Source of the DNA: a virus
DNA length: 64,000 nt
Reading direction: 5' to 3' (one strand)
Virus record (IMG/VR): IMGVR_UViG_3300032331_000527
Coordinates: 75,059 to 139,058 of that record
Numbering within the stretch: the stretch's first letter is position 1; every line of letters begins with the position of its first letter. The notes under the pieces were generated by a model. That model saw nothing but the letters and a program-made list of their open reading frames with translations. It did no database searches and had not been told where the DNA came from. Both the position numbers and the translations under genes were made by a program. Below are positions 38,039 to 46,822 of this stretch, piece after piece.

Positions 38039-38271
38039 GCTGCTTGCTCCGCCTGTTCAGAATAAAGTTCGTCCAGCCAAGCCTTGGCATAAGCTTTCGA
38101 CTCGTGTAGAAGCTTGCGCTCTTCTGAGGTACGAGTAGCGACGAGGCACCAGACTCCAGGCTCGCGCTCGGAAAAGAGTTCAAAAGTCCTAGAGCCGTTA
38201 TAGCGGACCATGCCCCACCAAGGGTCGAACGCAACAATCCAACCGTCGCAGATAGCCATTTCGAAAGTCAT
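38035..38271 (-). CDS. Hypothetical protein
   Basis: Start at MTFEM after a GGAG RBS. Confidence 0.55.
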   Translation of the reverse strand: MTFEMAICDGWIVAFDPWWGMVRYNGSRTFELFSEREPGVWCLVATRTSEERKLLHESKAYAKAWLDELYSEQAEQAA

Positions 38272-38284
38272 GCTAAATTCTCCC

Positions 38285-38542
38285 TCAGAGTTCGCTATAG
38301 ATTTCGCCGTCGGCGTGACGATACACGGTTTCGTTAACGAACTCGTCATCCATATCGAAGAACGAAACGGTAAACTCGCCGAGGATACAGACGCCAAAGT
38401 CACCAAACTCGCCGATGAGGTCGCCAGCTTCGGCACCAGCAAAGCCCATGAAATCCGTTTCATCCATAGGGCGGAACTGAATGGTCTCGAGCAAAATCTG
38501 GGCGTCGGCTACGGTACGGGGGGCGGAGATAGAGATTTGCAT
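38285..38542 (-). CDS. Small acidic early protein
   Basis: Own promoter and AAGGA RBS, D/E rich. Confidence 0.6.
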   Translation of the reverse strand: MQISISAPRTVADAQILLETIQFRPMDETDFMGFAGAEAGDLIGEFGDFGVCILGEFTVSFFDMDDEFVNETVYRHADGEIYSEL

Positions 38543-38566
38543 TGGATTTCCTTTCATCATATTTTA

Positions 38567-38595
38567 ATTGTAGCTGGTTGGCATGAAATTGTCAA
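38567..38595 (-). promoter_or_regulatory. Early promoter (TACAAT class)
   Basis: CCTTGACA-N17-TACAAT. Confidence 0.75.
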
Positions 38596-38807
38596 GGGCG
38601 CTGGTCGAGCGTAACCTGACGAATTTCGAACCAAAACTCGTCGGCCTCAAGGTCTTCGGCCTCGGTCATTTCTTGGACATAAGCCTCGCCCACTTCGGCG
38701 GCAAGGGCGTGGGTCGAATAGGCCCCAATGACCTCGACAATAAAATCGTCGCCACCTTCAGAATTCCAGTCGGCACGACCCCCGATTACAACGTAAATGT
38801 TAGCCAT
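38592..38807 (-). CDS. Small highly acidic early protein
   Basis: Own promoter and GGAG RBS. EMTEAEDLEADEF. Confidence 0.62.
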   Translation of the reverse strand: MANIYVVIGGRADWNSEGGDDFIVEVIGAYSTHALAAEVGEAYVQEMTEAEDLEADEFWFEIRQVTLDQRP

Positions 38808-38849
38808 ATTGTCAAGCTCCAGTTTCTAACGAATCACCCTACATTATTC

Positions 38850-38878
38850 ATTGTAGGGGGCTTAGCCTTGATTGTCAA
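38850..38878 (-). promoter_or_regulatory. Early promoter (repeated CCCCCTACAATG class)
   Basis: GCCCTTGACAATC...CCCCCTACAATG, 17-nt spacer. Confidence 0.8.
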
Positions 38879-39032
38879 GGGCCCCTTTGCGGCTTTTTCC
38901 GCGAGCGATATAGCGGGTCTTGCGGAGTCCAGCGGCTACGGCCACGGGAGCTACAGTCACGCTCCTGTTGGCGAGAAAAGTGGCGATAGCGGCGGTATTA
39001 GCGGTGTTGGTGGGCTTTACGGTAACGGCCAT
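38862..39032 (-). CDS. Small basic early protein
   Basis: GGAG RBS and own promoter. AIATFLA...RKTRYIARGKSRK. Confidence 0.55.
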   Translation of the reverse strand: MAVTVKPTNTANTAAIATFLANRSVTVAPVAVAAGLRKTRYIARGKSRKGALDNQG

Positions 39033-39062
39033 CGGTAAACTCCATTGCATCATCATATTATC

Positions 39063-39091
39063 ATTGTAGGGGGTATATTCGTGGTTGTCAA
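39063..39091 (-). promoter_or_regulatory. Early promoter (repeated CCCCCTACAATG class)
   Basis: GGCCTTGACAACC...TACCCCCTACAATGATAAT. Confidence 0.8.
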
Positions 39092-39103
39092 GGCCCCTAA
39101 ACG

Positions 39104-39133
39104 AAAATACCGCCCTTTCGAGCGGTATTTTTT
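39104..39133. terminator. Bidirectional intrinsic terminator
   Basis: AAAATACCGC-cctttcga-GCGGTATTTTTT. Confidence 0.75.
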
Positions 39134-39146
39134 GTAGCTTTTTTTG

Positions 39147-39431
39147 TTACAGACGTAACAGCTTTTTTGCCATTTGTAACTCGTTAATGGCGGTTCGTAA
39201 GTCGAATTTTTCGTGATTTTCGTGGAACTTTACTTTACTTTCGATTTGGTTTATTACCTTTAGGACCTCGAATTTACTAGTAAAATCAGCGACTTGAAGT
39301 AAACGCTTGGCCTCGATTAAATCTATACTATATTCTACCCACTTATCGGTGGGGTTAAACTTAGGAACCCCACGGCTATACTTACGACCCGCGATTTGTA
39401 CATTTTTATACTTGAGAATTACATTTGACAT
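39147..39431 (-). CDS. Basic hypothetical early protein
   Basis: GGAG RBS, own promoter and terminator. Confidence 0.62.
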   Translation of the reverse strand: MSNVILKYKNVQIAGRKYSRGVPKFNPTDKWVEYSIDLIEAKRLLQVADFTSKFEVLKVINQIESKVKFHENHEKFDLRTAINELQMAKKLLRL

Positions 39432-39457
39432 TTTTCGTTCTCCAGCGTCCAATTATC

Positions 39458-39486
39458 ATTGTAGGGGGTACTGAAGCGATTGTCAA
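39458..39486 (-). promoter_or_regulatory. Early promoter (repeated CCCCCTACAATG class)
   Basis: GGCCTTGACAATC...TACCCCCTACAATGATAAT. Confidence 0.8.
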
Positions 39487-39494
39487 GGCCTAAT

Positions 39495-40172
39495 TTAATG
39501 GAGCGCCGCGCCCCCCGAAAGGTCGAAGCAAGAGCCGGTAACATGAGCCGACTCATCGGACAACAGAAAGAAAATCATGTTGGCTACATCAACTGGTGTG
39601 GTGTTGCGCCCCATAGCTGAATGGGCATTGATTTTCGTTCTGTTGGCGTTCCAACGATTTTCGGTGAATCCAGGCAGAATCGTGTTAGCACGAATTCCTT
39701 TCATGCCATACTCTTGGGCGATGCTCTGTGTAAATGTGTTCACCGCTGCCTTCGAAGCGGAGTAGGCGCTCATTCTAGGGAATCCTTTGAACGCCGAACC
39801 TGAGATGATGGATACGATATTCCCCTTCTTCTGTTCTAGGAAATGAGGAATGATGGCGCGAGTGGTGTTGACTACTCCATTAAAGTTGAGCATCATCGTT
39901 GCGTCGAAATCTTCCTTGCTAGTTTCATGGAACAGTTGTTTGGCAGATTCCATAGAAGGGAGACCGCCAGCGATATTGACGACAGCATCAATCTGTCCGC
40001 GAGCACTAATAGCAGAAGCGAAGAAGTTGTTCACCGCCTCTGCGTCTGTGACGTCAACAACGTTGTCACTCTTGCGGCTACACATAATGATATCCCAATC
40101 ATTATCCAAAAGCTTTTTGGCTGTTTCCTGAGCCATCCAGCTAGTGCCTCCTGTGATGATGGCGACTGGCAT
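39495..40172 (-). CDS. Short-chain dehydrogenase/reductase
   Basis: AIITGG, VNIAG, S, YSASK catalytic motif, GIRAN.I.PG. Confidence 0.9.
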   Translation of the reverse strand: MPVAIITGGTSWMAQETAKKLLDNDWDIIMCSRKSDNVVDVTDAEAVNNFFASAISARGQIDAVVNIAGGLPSMESAKQLFHETSKEDFDATMMLNFNGVVNTTRAIIPHFLEQKKGNIVSIISGSAFKGFPRMSAYSASKAAVNTFTQSIAQEYGMKGIRANTILPGFTENRWNANRTKINAHSAMGRNTTPVDVANMIFFLLSDESAHVTGSCFDLSGGAALH

Positions 40173-40513
40173 TATTCAGTCTCTTCTTTGAATTCCAAAC
40201 GCAATCCAAGCTGCTTGAAAATATGATCACGAGTTATGTGTTGAATCTCGGAAACTGTTTCCGCTTGTCCGATGAACTTATGATTAAGGAACCAACCGTA
40301 GTAAAGACCGTCTATACGCACAATCTTGACCGGAATATAAGCGCGATCATCCTTATCATAATCTACGATGTCGTCTGTTGAGATTTGTCCAGAGATTTCT
40401 CCATCGTCTTCGACATGCTTCTTAATGAATTTCTTATATACAAGATCTCCCAAGAATGCGCCAATGATCCAGGTGACTCCATAGAAGAGTACGTTGTAAA
40501 AGAACGGTTCCAT
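40172..40513 (-). CDS. Hypothetical membrane-anchored protein
   Basis: N-terminal hydrophobic helix and FIGQ motif. Confidence 0.6.
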   Translation of the reverse strand: MEPFFYNVLFYGVTWIIGAFLGDLVYKKFIKKHVEDDGEISGQISTDDIVDYDKDDRAYIPVKIVRIDGLYYGWFLNHKFIGQAETVSEIQHITRDHIFKQLGLRLEFKEETE

Positions 40514-40522
40514 TTATTTTCC

Positions 40523-41368
40523 TTATGCTAAGAACGATTCGAGTGTGTTGGTGAACTGAGAACTTTGATACGCTTTCTGCCACTGGATACGGACTTCCTT
40601 TCTATTCTCCATACCCATCTTTCCCCATGCGCCTTCTTTTTCTACGATGTCAACGAACTGGGGAAAATACTTCCTAAGCTCGTACGCAGCTTGCTCCTGC
40701 AATTCATGATTGCGAAACGTAGAGTTGCCTCCTGCGCTGTTGTGATTATAATTGAAGAAATACTTATAGATCACTGCATTCTTGAATCCCTTCGTGAGCA
40801 TCGAAAGAGTGATCCAGTAATCCTCATAGAGTTTAATATTCTTATTCTGCTGATACATCCCGTCGAAACGAATTCCTTCACGCTCCATCCAGTCTGTGCG
40901 AAGTCCGTATGTCGCATACGAGCGACCCACTTCTTTGACATTATCTTCGACGTGATTGTTTCCACCACGTGCAGAAAAGCCCACTTGCATATACTCGTCG
41001 AGCATCTCGCTGACCATATCGTACATTTTCAACCATTCAGCTTCCTCCATACCATTGAACTGTTTCAGTTCTTCATTACGCCAACCAAACGTAGCAAGAT
41101 CATCGATGAACCAAACTTTCCCCTTACCTACTTCAGGATGATCAATACACCGCTGCCTAATATCAGCAATCCCATCAATATCAAGGGGATTAGCGATAAT
41201 GCGCACAGTATCAGGAACATGAGGTCGAAGGTGAGAAACCCTATCCTCTCTCGTGAAAACATAGACGTTCTCGTGGAGCGCCTTCGGAATCTGAAAAATT
41301 GCACGCTGATTGTCCTCGCGCATGAACGTTGTAATGATAATTTTAAGTGGAGAAAGTGATGAACTCAT
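40523..41368 (-). CDS. TET-associated glycosyltransferase (TAGT-like, GT-A fold)
   Basis: GIADIRQ...WFIDD...YEDY.ITL.ML..G...SAGGNSTFR...IQWQKAY. In the same operon as the TET/JBP gene. Confidence 0.75.
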   Translation of the reverse strand: MSSSLSPLKIIITTFMREDNQRAIFQIPKALHENVYVFTREDRVSHLRPHVPDTVRIIANPLDIDGIADIRQRCIDHPEVGKGKVWFIDDLATFGWRNEELKQFNGMEEAEWLKMYDMVSEMLDEYMQVGFSARGGNNHVEDNVKEVGRSYATYGLRTDWMEREGIRFDGMYQQNKNIKLYEDYWITLSMLTKGFKNAVIYKYFFNYNHNSAGGNSTFRNHELQEQAAYELRKYFPQFVDIVEKEGAWGKMGMENRKEVRIQWQKAYQSSQFTNTLESFLA

Positions 41369-41732
41369 GGAGACTCATAGCCTTATCATCTATGTAAGCC
41401 ATACCATACGGCTTACCGAATATCAGTTGATCGAAGGGAACTTTATACGCATCAAGCCAATCAGCTGTAATCTTACCCAGACGAGCAAAAGCTTCATCTG
41501 GATCATTGTAGCAAGATAGCATATGTCTGGCTGTGTGGATAGTGATGTACCATCCTTCGCTATGAATTCTTCTCATACCCTCAATGATATCAAGCTTTGG
41601 TTCGGCTGAGATATATTTTTCATAGATGTCTTGGATGGATTTATCTGAGACGCAGATAGTGTCGTCCAGATCAATAACAATCGACTTACTGAACAAATCC
41701 AGAGTCTGTGGCCGCCTTACGATAGAGTGCAT
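41343..41732 (-). CDS. HAD phosphatase (capsule biosynthesis EcbF/BcbF-like); start uncertain
   Basis: IDLDDTI, HTAR, WL....VPFD.L.FGKP, YIDDKA. Confidence 0.85.
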   Translation of the reverse strand: MHSIVRRPQTLDLFSKSIVIDLDDTICVSDKSIQDIYEKYISAEPKLDIIEGMRRIHSEGWYITIHTARHMLSCYNDPDEAFARLGKITADWLDAYKVPFDQLIFGKPYGMAYIDDKAMSLHEFITFST

Positions 41733-43299
41733 AGAACACTTCCTGGTTAGTTCTGTTATGTGAATGAAGTGGTATCATACTCAAAAACAGAGACGCTGTC
41801 AAGAACAAAGTTAAGCACCACACATGCTCACCATATTTGGCTATGAACGCAGTCTTGTAGGCTTCGCGAGCAGCTTCTTTGCCAGCATCGAAGATGATGA
41901 TCTCCTCGTCTTTCTTGACATACAGTTCCGCGTCGATATAGTCGTAAGGATAGTAGGCGGAATGAGTAAGCTTGGCTAAATCATACAGAATGTTGCCATA
42001 TGCGTCGCCACGAGGATCGATGAGCTTTATCTGCTTGCTGCCAGGATGATAGAAAATATTCGAGAAGCAGAAATCACCATGTGACAACGAGTCTGTCCAA
42101 TGAACAAAACCATCTTCGCTTTCTTTCAGCTCATCGAACTTACGCAGGAACTCACGCGAGAGATCAAAGTCGATATCAGGTTTTTCTTCAACCATCTCTA
42201 AGAAACGTTCCCAGTTCTTTTCAGACATCTTATCGAAGAACTCGGAATAGACACCTGGCTTATAGTAGAACTTGAACGTATCGAGGATACCAAACAGTTT
42301 GTTATAGATTTCCGTCCAGAATGCGGGGTCTGACTCGAGATACAGATAAAGCTCGCGCAGCGTAGGACTATCAATGCGCTCCATCGTGTATGTGGGGCGT
42401 CCGCTTTCTATAGTACCATATGGTTTCTTATCAAGGATACGCGGCGTCAACAACTTTACGGGAAGCGGAAGGTTTTCATACCAATTCATCTCAGCCTGAA
42501 TCTTAGCTGGTTGCGTCTGAGAAGACTTGGTGATAGTCATTCCCTTATCGGTAGCATGAACCTGATTGAATTCACGCGAGTTCTTGATGCCTCGATTTTC
42601 AAGATACTCTTGCAACGTACCGAAGTCTTTGATACTGATTTCTTTGACCTGAATCTCTTCTGCCGAATTATAAAGACTCATAGCTTGAGAAATTTGAATT
42701 TCACCATCTCGCACGCGAGCGCGAGCATTGTAAATTGCTACATGCAACGACTGACGAAAACGAGCACCGTTAGCGAAATAATACACACCACTGACAGCAA
42801 GATTCGTCGGAGGCTTATCAGCAGGCTTATCATGGAACGCTTTGATGCGGCTATCTTCTACTTCAGCCATGCACCAGCGATTCCAGTCAGAAACTTTCTG
42901 TACGCTCACCCAAGAAACAGAACCATTCGCGAACCACATATCAGGAATAGTCTTGACGATGATATCACTCAACAGAACAAGAACTGGTTCGTTCTGTGCG
43001 ATAAGGTCTGTAGAAAGGCCGCAGTAGATAGAAACAGCTGGACCACCATTTCCGATATGAACGTAGTCCTCGAAACGGATTCGTTGGTCATCAGGAAAGT
43101 ACATCTTCACGATTTCGATAATACGATGACCCTGATGCCCAGTCACGATTGTTACGAGACGAGCACCAGCTTCAAAAGCAAATCGAATGTTATGAACGAT
43201 GATAGGGATTTCCTGAAACGGCAGGACGCACTTTGGATAGTTCTTACCCAACTCATTAAAACGAACGCCACGTCCTGCCGCCGGAATCACACACTGCAT
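41686..43299 (-). CDS. Sugar nucleotidyltransferase fused to an APH/choline-kinase-like domain
   Basis: VIPAAGRGVRF...PKC.LP, DFGTL..Y, then HGDFCFSNI...LIDPRG...YDLAKL.HS...LFLSMIPLH. Confidence 0.85.
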   Translation of the reverse strand: MQCVIPAAGRGVRFNELGKNYPKCVLPFQEIPIIVHNIRFAFEAGARLVTIVTGHQGHRIIEIVKMYFPDDQRIRFEDYVHIGNGGPAVSIYCGLSTDLIAQNEPVLVLLSDIIVKTIPDMWFANGSVSWVSVQKVSDWNRWCMAEVEDSRIKAFHDKPADKPPTNLAVSGVYYFANGARFRQSLHVAIYNARARVRDGEIQISQAMSLYNSAEEIQVKEISIKDFGTLQEYLENRGIKNSREFNQVHATDKGMTITKSSQTQPAKIQAEMNWYENLPLPVKLLTPRILDKKPYGTIESGRPTYTMERIDSPTLRELYLYLESDPAFWTEIYNKLFGILDTFKFYYKPGVYSEFFDKMSEKNWERFLEMVEEKPDIDFDLSREFLRKFDELKESEDGFVHWTDSLSHGDFCFSNIFYHPGSKQIKLIDPRGDAYGNILYDLAKLTHSAYYPYDYIDAELYVKKDEEIIIFDAGKEAAREAYKTAFIAKYGEHVWCLTLFLTASLFLSMIPLHSHNRTNQEVFYALYRKAATDSGFVQ

Positions 43300-43314
43300 A
43301 ATATAAAGCTCCTG

Positions 43315-44718
43315 TTAAACGAAATCGAAGATGCTGGTCTTTTGACCTTTTCCAAGCTTATTTAGAATCTCTTCTGCTTCGTCATGGAATCCATTATTTC
43401 CTAAGAAATTCGCCCACTCTTCCGTATCCCACATTGATGGAGATACACCAATCCATCCTTCATGCCACAACGGATGTTCCTTGTTATCACGACGCTGATA
43501 AACGAAACGACGACGAGTCTCTTCATACTTACGAGAGCCACACGTCAACATAGACTCGCGGAAGTACATCACAACGCTCATGCGCTCGAAACCTTCTTCG
43601 TAATCGAACGCAGGTGAGTTGCTATGAACACGATGTGCGTTCATCATAATCAAATCACCAGCACGAATATCAGCAGCCACACGAAACTCTGGGAAGCAAA
43701 GGAAGAATCCGTTATAGTTCTTACCATTATCTAGAACAAGGAGATTACTAAATCCTTTTGGATTGTCAGCATTTTCCCAACTCTCACACAAGTCACCTAC
43801 GTCACGATGAGCAGCTGTGCGGAAATCGCGATTGATAGTTAGAGTCGTGTAGACTGTTTCACCAATACGCCAGTCTTCTCCGAGCTGTTTCATTGCTTCC
43901 GCTTGTCCTTCCCAACGAATAGGAAGCTCGCGCTTGAACACTTGATTAGCAGCTTCGAACAGAGGAACGGCAGCTTCATACTTATCTTTATGATTAGCTT
44001 GCCATCCAGTCTCACGGCAGAAAGGAATGCGTGGATATCTATCCATGAATCCACCGACACCAGAGCGCACACCATTAGCATACGTTGTATCGGAAATCAA
44101 ATCATGAAGGATATGATCTGCTGCCATACGACGTCCTTCTGGACTCTTATCCTTATTCTCTTCATACCAAGTAGTGAAGTCAAATCCCTGAGTCTTCTTC
44201 ACAATCCAGATAGCGCCAGCACCGATTTCTGCGAGATCCTTATTAGCACCAGAGCCACGGCCTTGTAGAGGCTTATCTGGTGTCCTATCATAAAGATCTT
44301 GCAGCATATCTCTGCCAGTGATATCTAACGGAGAACCCTTCATCATATATTGAAGAACAGCTTTCTCACGCTGTGTCACCCAACGGCGAGAACCTTCGCC
44401 GTCAGGAAGCTTCTGGAACGCAGTATCACGCTCGATACCAGCAGCCAGTCCACGATTGTCTGACATCATCGCGCCACTACGCAGATGCTTGTATGCAGCA
44501 TCTGTCAGTTCTTTCGGGAATACGTTCTTACGAAACTTGCATAGCAAATTCTTTTCGCTATGCGTTTCGCCATTAGCAATCTGAAGAGGAGTCAGAGGTT
44601 CGTAAACGTCTGTGTCTTCAGTAAGAACAAGATCGTAACAATCATGGTCTAAGAACTTTCCCAGAAGATGATCCTTCTGGTCGCGTTCGGAATGCTCTAG
44701 ATAAATTACTTTTACCAT
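43315..44718 (-). CDS. TET/JBP-family 2OG-Fe(II) dioxygenase (5-methylpyrimidine oxidase)
   Basis: DRYPRIPFCR.T, YTTLTINRDFRTAAHRD.GD (HxD), GDL..M..H..HSN, RMSVV.Y.RE. Confidence 0.85.
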   Translation of the reverse strand: MVKVIYLEHSERDQKDHLLGKFLDHDCYDLVLTEDTDVYEPLTPLQIANGETHSEKNLLCKFRKNVFPKELTDAAYKHLRSGAMMSDNRGLAAGIERDTAFQKLPDGEGSRRWVTQREKAVLQYMMKGSPLDITGRDMLQDLYDRTPDKPLQGRGSGANKDLAEIGAGAIWIVKKTQGFDFTTWYEENKDKSPEGRRMAADHILHDLISDTTYANGVRSGVGGFMDRYPRIPFCRETGWQANHKDKYEAAVPLFEAANQVFKRELPIRWEGQAEAMKQLGEDWRIGETVYTTLTINRDFRTAAHRDVGDLCESWENADNPKGFSNLLVLDNGKNYNGFFLCFPEFRVAADIRAGDLIMMNAHRVHSNSPAFDYEEGFERMSVVMYFRESMLTCGSRKYEETRRRFVYQRRDNKEHPLWHEGWIGVSPSMWDTEEWANFLGNNGFHDEAEEILNKLGKGQKTSIFDFV

Positions 44719-44748
44719 TGTTCTCTCTCCTTCTGAAAATCTATATCT

Positions 44749-45327
44749 CTATGTATGCTTCAGAAGATTTTCATATGTGTTGAAATACACATTTTTACCA
44801 AATAAAGGATTCACTTTAAAGTCATTCGGGAAAATGAAAATGAAGTCAATGTCAGGATTGCTATTAGTCAGCCACTGAACATAGCGGATTCGTCCAGGAT
44901 TATCAGCTGCGTTGGCACGAACTTCCATACCATAGTTGTTCGTGCCATCATAGACGTTGGAAACAGACTGCTTGTTATCAGTAGCCAAGAAATCGAATCC
45001 AACGCAAATCAGCTGATTGAATTCCATCTTAATAGCTTCACGCATAGCATTGACGCCAGCATTACTGCGTGGACGTCCAATGTTACACTCTGCTGGTTCC
45101 CAGCGTTCATCAACCGGAGGCACAAGAAAACGCATGGACGGAAAATCCGAGCATTCTATTTCGGAAATGATACCATCATCAATGCTAACGATGAAATCAG
45201 GAAAAGAGTAGTCAGGATAATCACGATATAGCGCATTACAACCAAACACCGTTCCATAAGGTTTAAATCTGGTAAGGTCTATCCCCTTCCGAGAAGTGCC
45301 ATTACCGATGATAAAAGCTGTGTTCAT
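44749..45327 (-). CDS. Hypothetical protein (DUF115/sialyltransferase-like Rossmann motif)
   Basis: AFIIGNG.SR...GCNALYRD...SNAG..A...VGFD...NVY.GT.NY. Confidence 0.6.
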   Translation of the reverse strand: MNTAFIIGNGTSRKGIDLTRFKPYGTVFGCNALYRDYPDYSFPDFIVSIDDGIISEIECSDFPSMRFLVPPVDERWEPAECNIGRPRSNAGVNAMREAIKMEFNQLICVGFDFLATDNKQSVSNVYDGTNNYGMEVRANAADNPGRIRYVQWLTNSNPDIDFIFIFPNDFKVNPLFGKNVYFNTYENLLKHT

Positions 45328-45812
45328 ACTTTAGCCTTCTTTGATTTAGCGGGCTTTGATTCCTCCACATCTGGAGCTTGCTCAACCCAGTGACCAGCAA
45401 GATTCGGAAACGCTTCCTTCACAGCTGAAATTCGAATGTTCAGCTTCTTGTTCTTCATTCGCAAAAGCAGTTCAGCATCGCGACGATCAATAGATTCCAA
45501 GACCTGAATGAAAAGAACTTCACGACGGAGTTGTGCTACCTCACGGCCTTCATTACTATCAACGAAGTAGATAAGTTTGCGACACTCCGTATAGAAACGA
45601 CCTTCCTGATCAGCAGAATCGGGAAGAGGAGTATAGGGCGGATCACCAGCAGGGAGTAACCAAGTGCAACCTGGATCCAAACCATATCCAAGAACAGTCT
45701 TCAAAGCAGACGAGCTATGAAGCTTAAGAAAGTCAACTTGTCTTGCGTGCGTCGTTTGTGCTTCAATCTTAGCAATAATCTGAGCCAAACATTTACTTGT
45801 ATCAATCGCCAT
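45324..45812 (-). CDS. Conserved T4-like hypothetical protein
   Basis: LP.G.PPY...RRE.LFIQ.LE....DAELL..MK.K...V.EAFP. Confidence 0.7.
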   Translation of the reverse strand: MAIDTSKCLAQIIAKIEAQTTHARQVDFLKLHSSSALKTVLGYGLDPGCTWLLPAGDPPYTPLPDSADQEGRFYTECRKLIYFVDSNEGREVAQLRREVLFIQVLESIDRRDAELLLRMKNKKLNIRISAVKEAFPNLAGHWVEQAPDVEESKPAKSKKAKV

Positions 45813-46119
45813 CGTTATTCTCCGTAAGGGGTGATTCGTAGTCTATACTGTTTATGTAGGAAAATTTCTTGTCGTCATCCCACAACTTGAGATAATCATT
45901 ATCTTCATTGAAAATCTTAAGATACTCATCACGACTGATTTCGTAGTGAGTAATGATAGGTGATGGTTCCAAGTGTTTCTGACTGAACTCATGGAACTCG
46001 AAATTTTGTTCTTGCATAATAACTTCGTCGAGCGCATGGTCAATGTCGTCTTCTACTTCCACGACATAGCGCATACGATACTGAGAAAGCACTTCAACCA
46101 TAACAAGCTTCTTAGTCAT
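45802..46119 (-). CDS. Hypothetical protein
   Basis: RMRYVVEV...ALD.V...EFSQKHL..I...F.EDNDY. Confidence 0.6.
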   Translation of the reverse strand: MTKKLVMVEVLSQYRMRYVVEVEDDIDHALDEVIMQEQNFEFHEFSQKHLEPSPIITHYEISRDEYLKIFNEDNDYLKLWDDDKKFSYINSIDYESPLTENNDGD

Positions 46120-46529
46120 TAGATATCACCTTCCTTACGATTTTCGGAATAGAATGCATCGAACGTGCCGCCAGGATATCTAGCCTGAAGCTTATCCACG
46201 TTTCCTGCGATTACTTCATTCGGGTCAATCTGCAACGCATTACACGCATTAGTCCAGTACCAAATCACATCACCGAGTTCCTTGATAAGATGCTGGCGAG
46301 TTTCCTCGGTGTATGGCTTGCCCTGAAACAAAACCTTCTTGAGGATTTCTTGGGCCTCGCCAGCTTCACTAGTCAAGCCAATCATTGCAGTCAGAAGCAA
46401 TGGCACATTGATGACTGTATCCTTATCATAATGTATTTGCTTCACTCTGTCAAGAAATTCCGCACATACGCGACTCTCTTTGCTCGTTACAGCCATAACG
46501 AACTCAGCATACTTAGCCATATCAATCAT
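46119..46529 (-). CDS. mazG: MazG-like nucleotide pyrophosphohydrolase
   Basis: GL.SEAGE..E..KK..FQGK...KELGDV.WY...N..KL..RYP. Confidence 0.88.
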   Translation of the reverse strand: MIDMAKYAEFVMAVTSKESRVCAEFLDRVKQIHYDKDTVINVPLLLTAMIGLTSEAGEAQEILKKVLFQGKPYTEETRQHLIKELGDVIWYWTNACNALQIDPNEVIAGNVDKLQARYPGGTFDAFYSENRKEGDI

Positions 46530-46822
46530 TCTTCTAGTTCTCCTGTAGGGATAAGTATTTTTGTTACGTTCAACTCATCTAGATCGCGATGGACTATTGG
46601 AAGCGGAATCCACTCTGGCGAACCCTGACGCTTATATTGAATCTCATGGCGAACCACATCCCATATCTGCTTTTCTGCCGTAGTCCAATCCCAATAGTTT
46701 ACTGCACGAATGTCGATGATAGCGTTATCAAGTTTGGTCTTGAGAGTGCGAATCTCCTTTTCCATCGTAGCGAGTTCGCGCTCAATGCGACTTCTATCCC
46801 ATGACCAACTATCATTCATCAC
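46526..46822 (-). CDS. Hypothetical protein
   Basis: Coupled ORF. Confidence 0.5.
   Translation of the reverse strand: MMNDSWSWDRSRIERELATMEKEIRTLKTKLDNAIIDIRAVNYWDWTTAEKQIWDVVRHEIQYKRQGSPEWIPLPIVHRDLDELNVTKILIPTGELEE

Noticed and set aside
40565-43365. Long plus-strand ORFs (40565..41359, 42511..43365)
   Set aside because: Antisense to well-supported genes, with no recognisable motifs or RBS.
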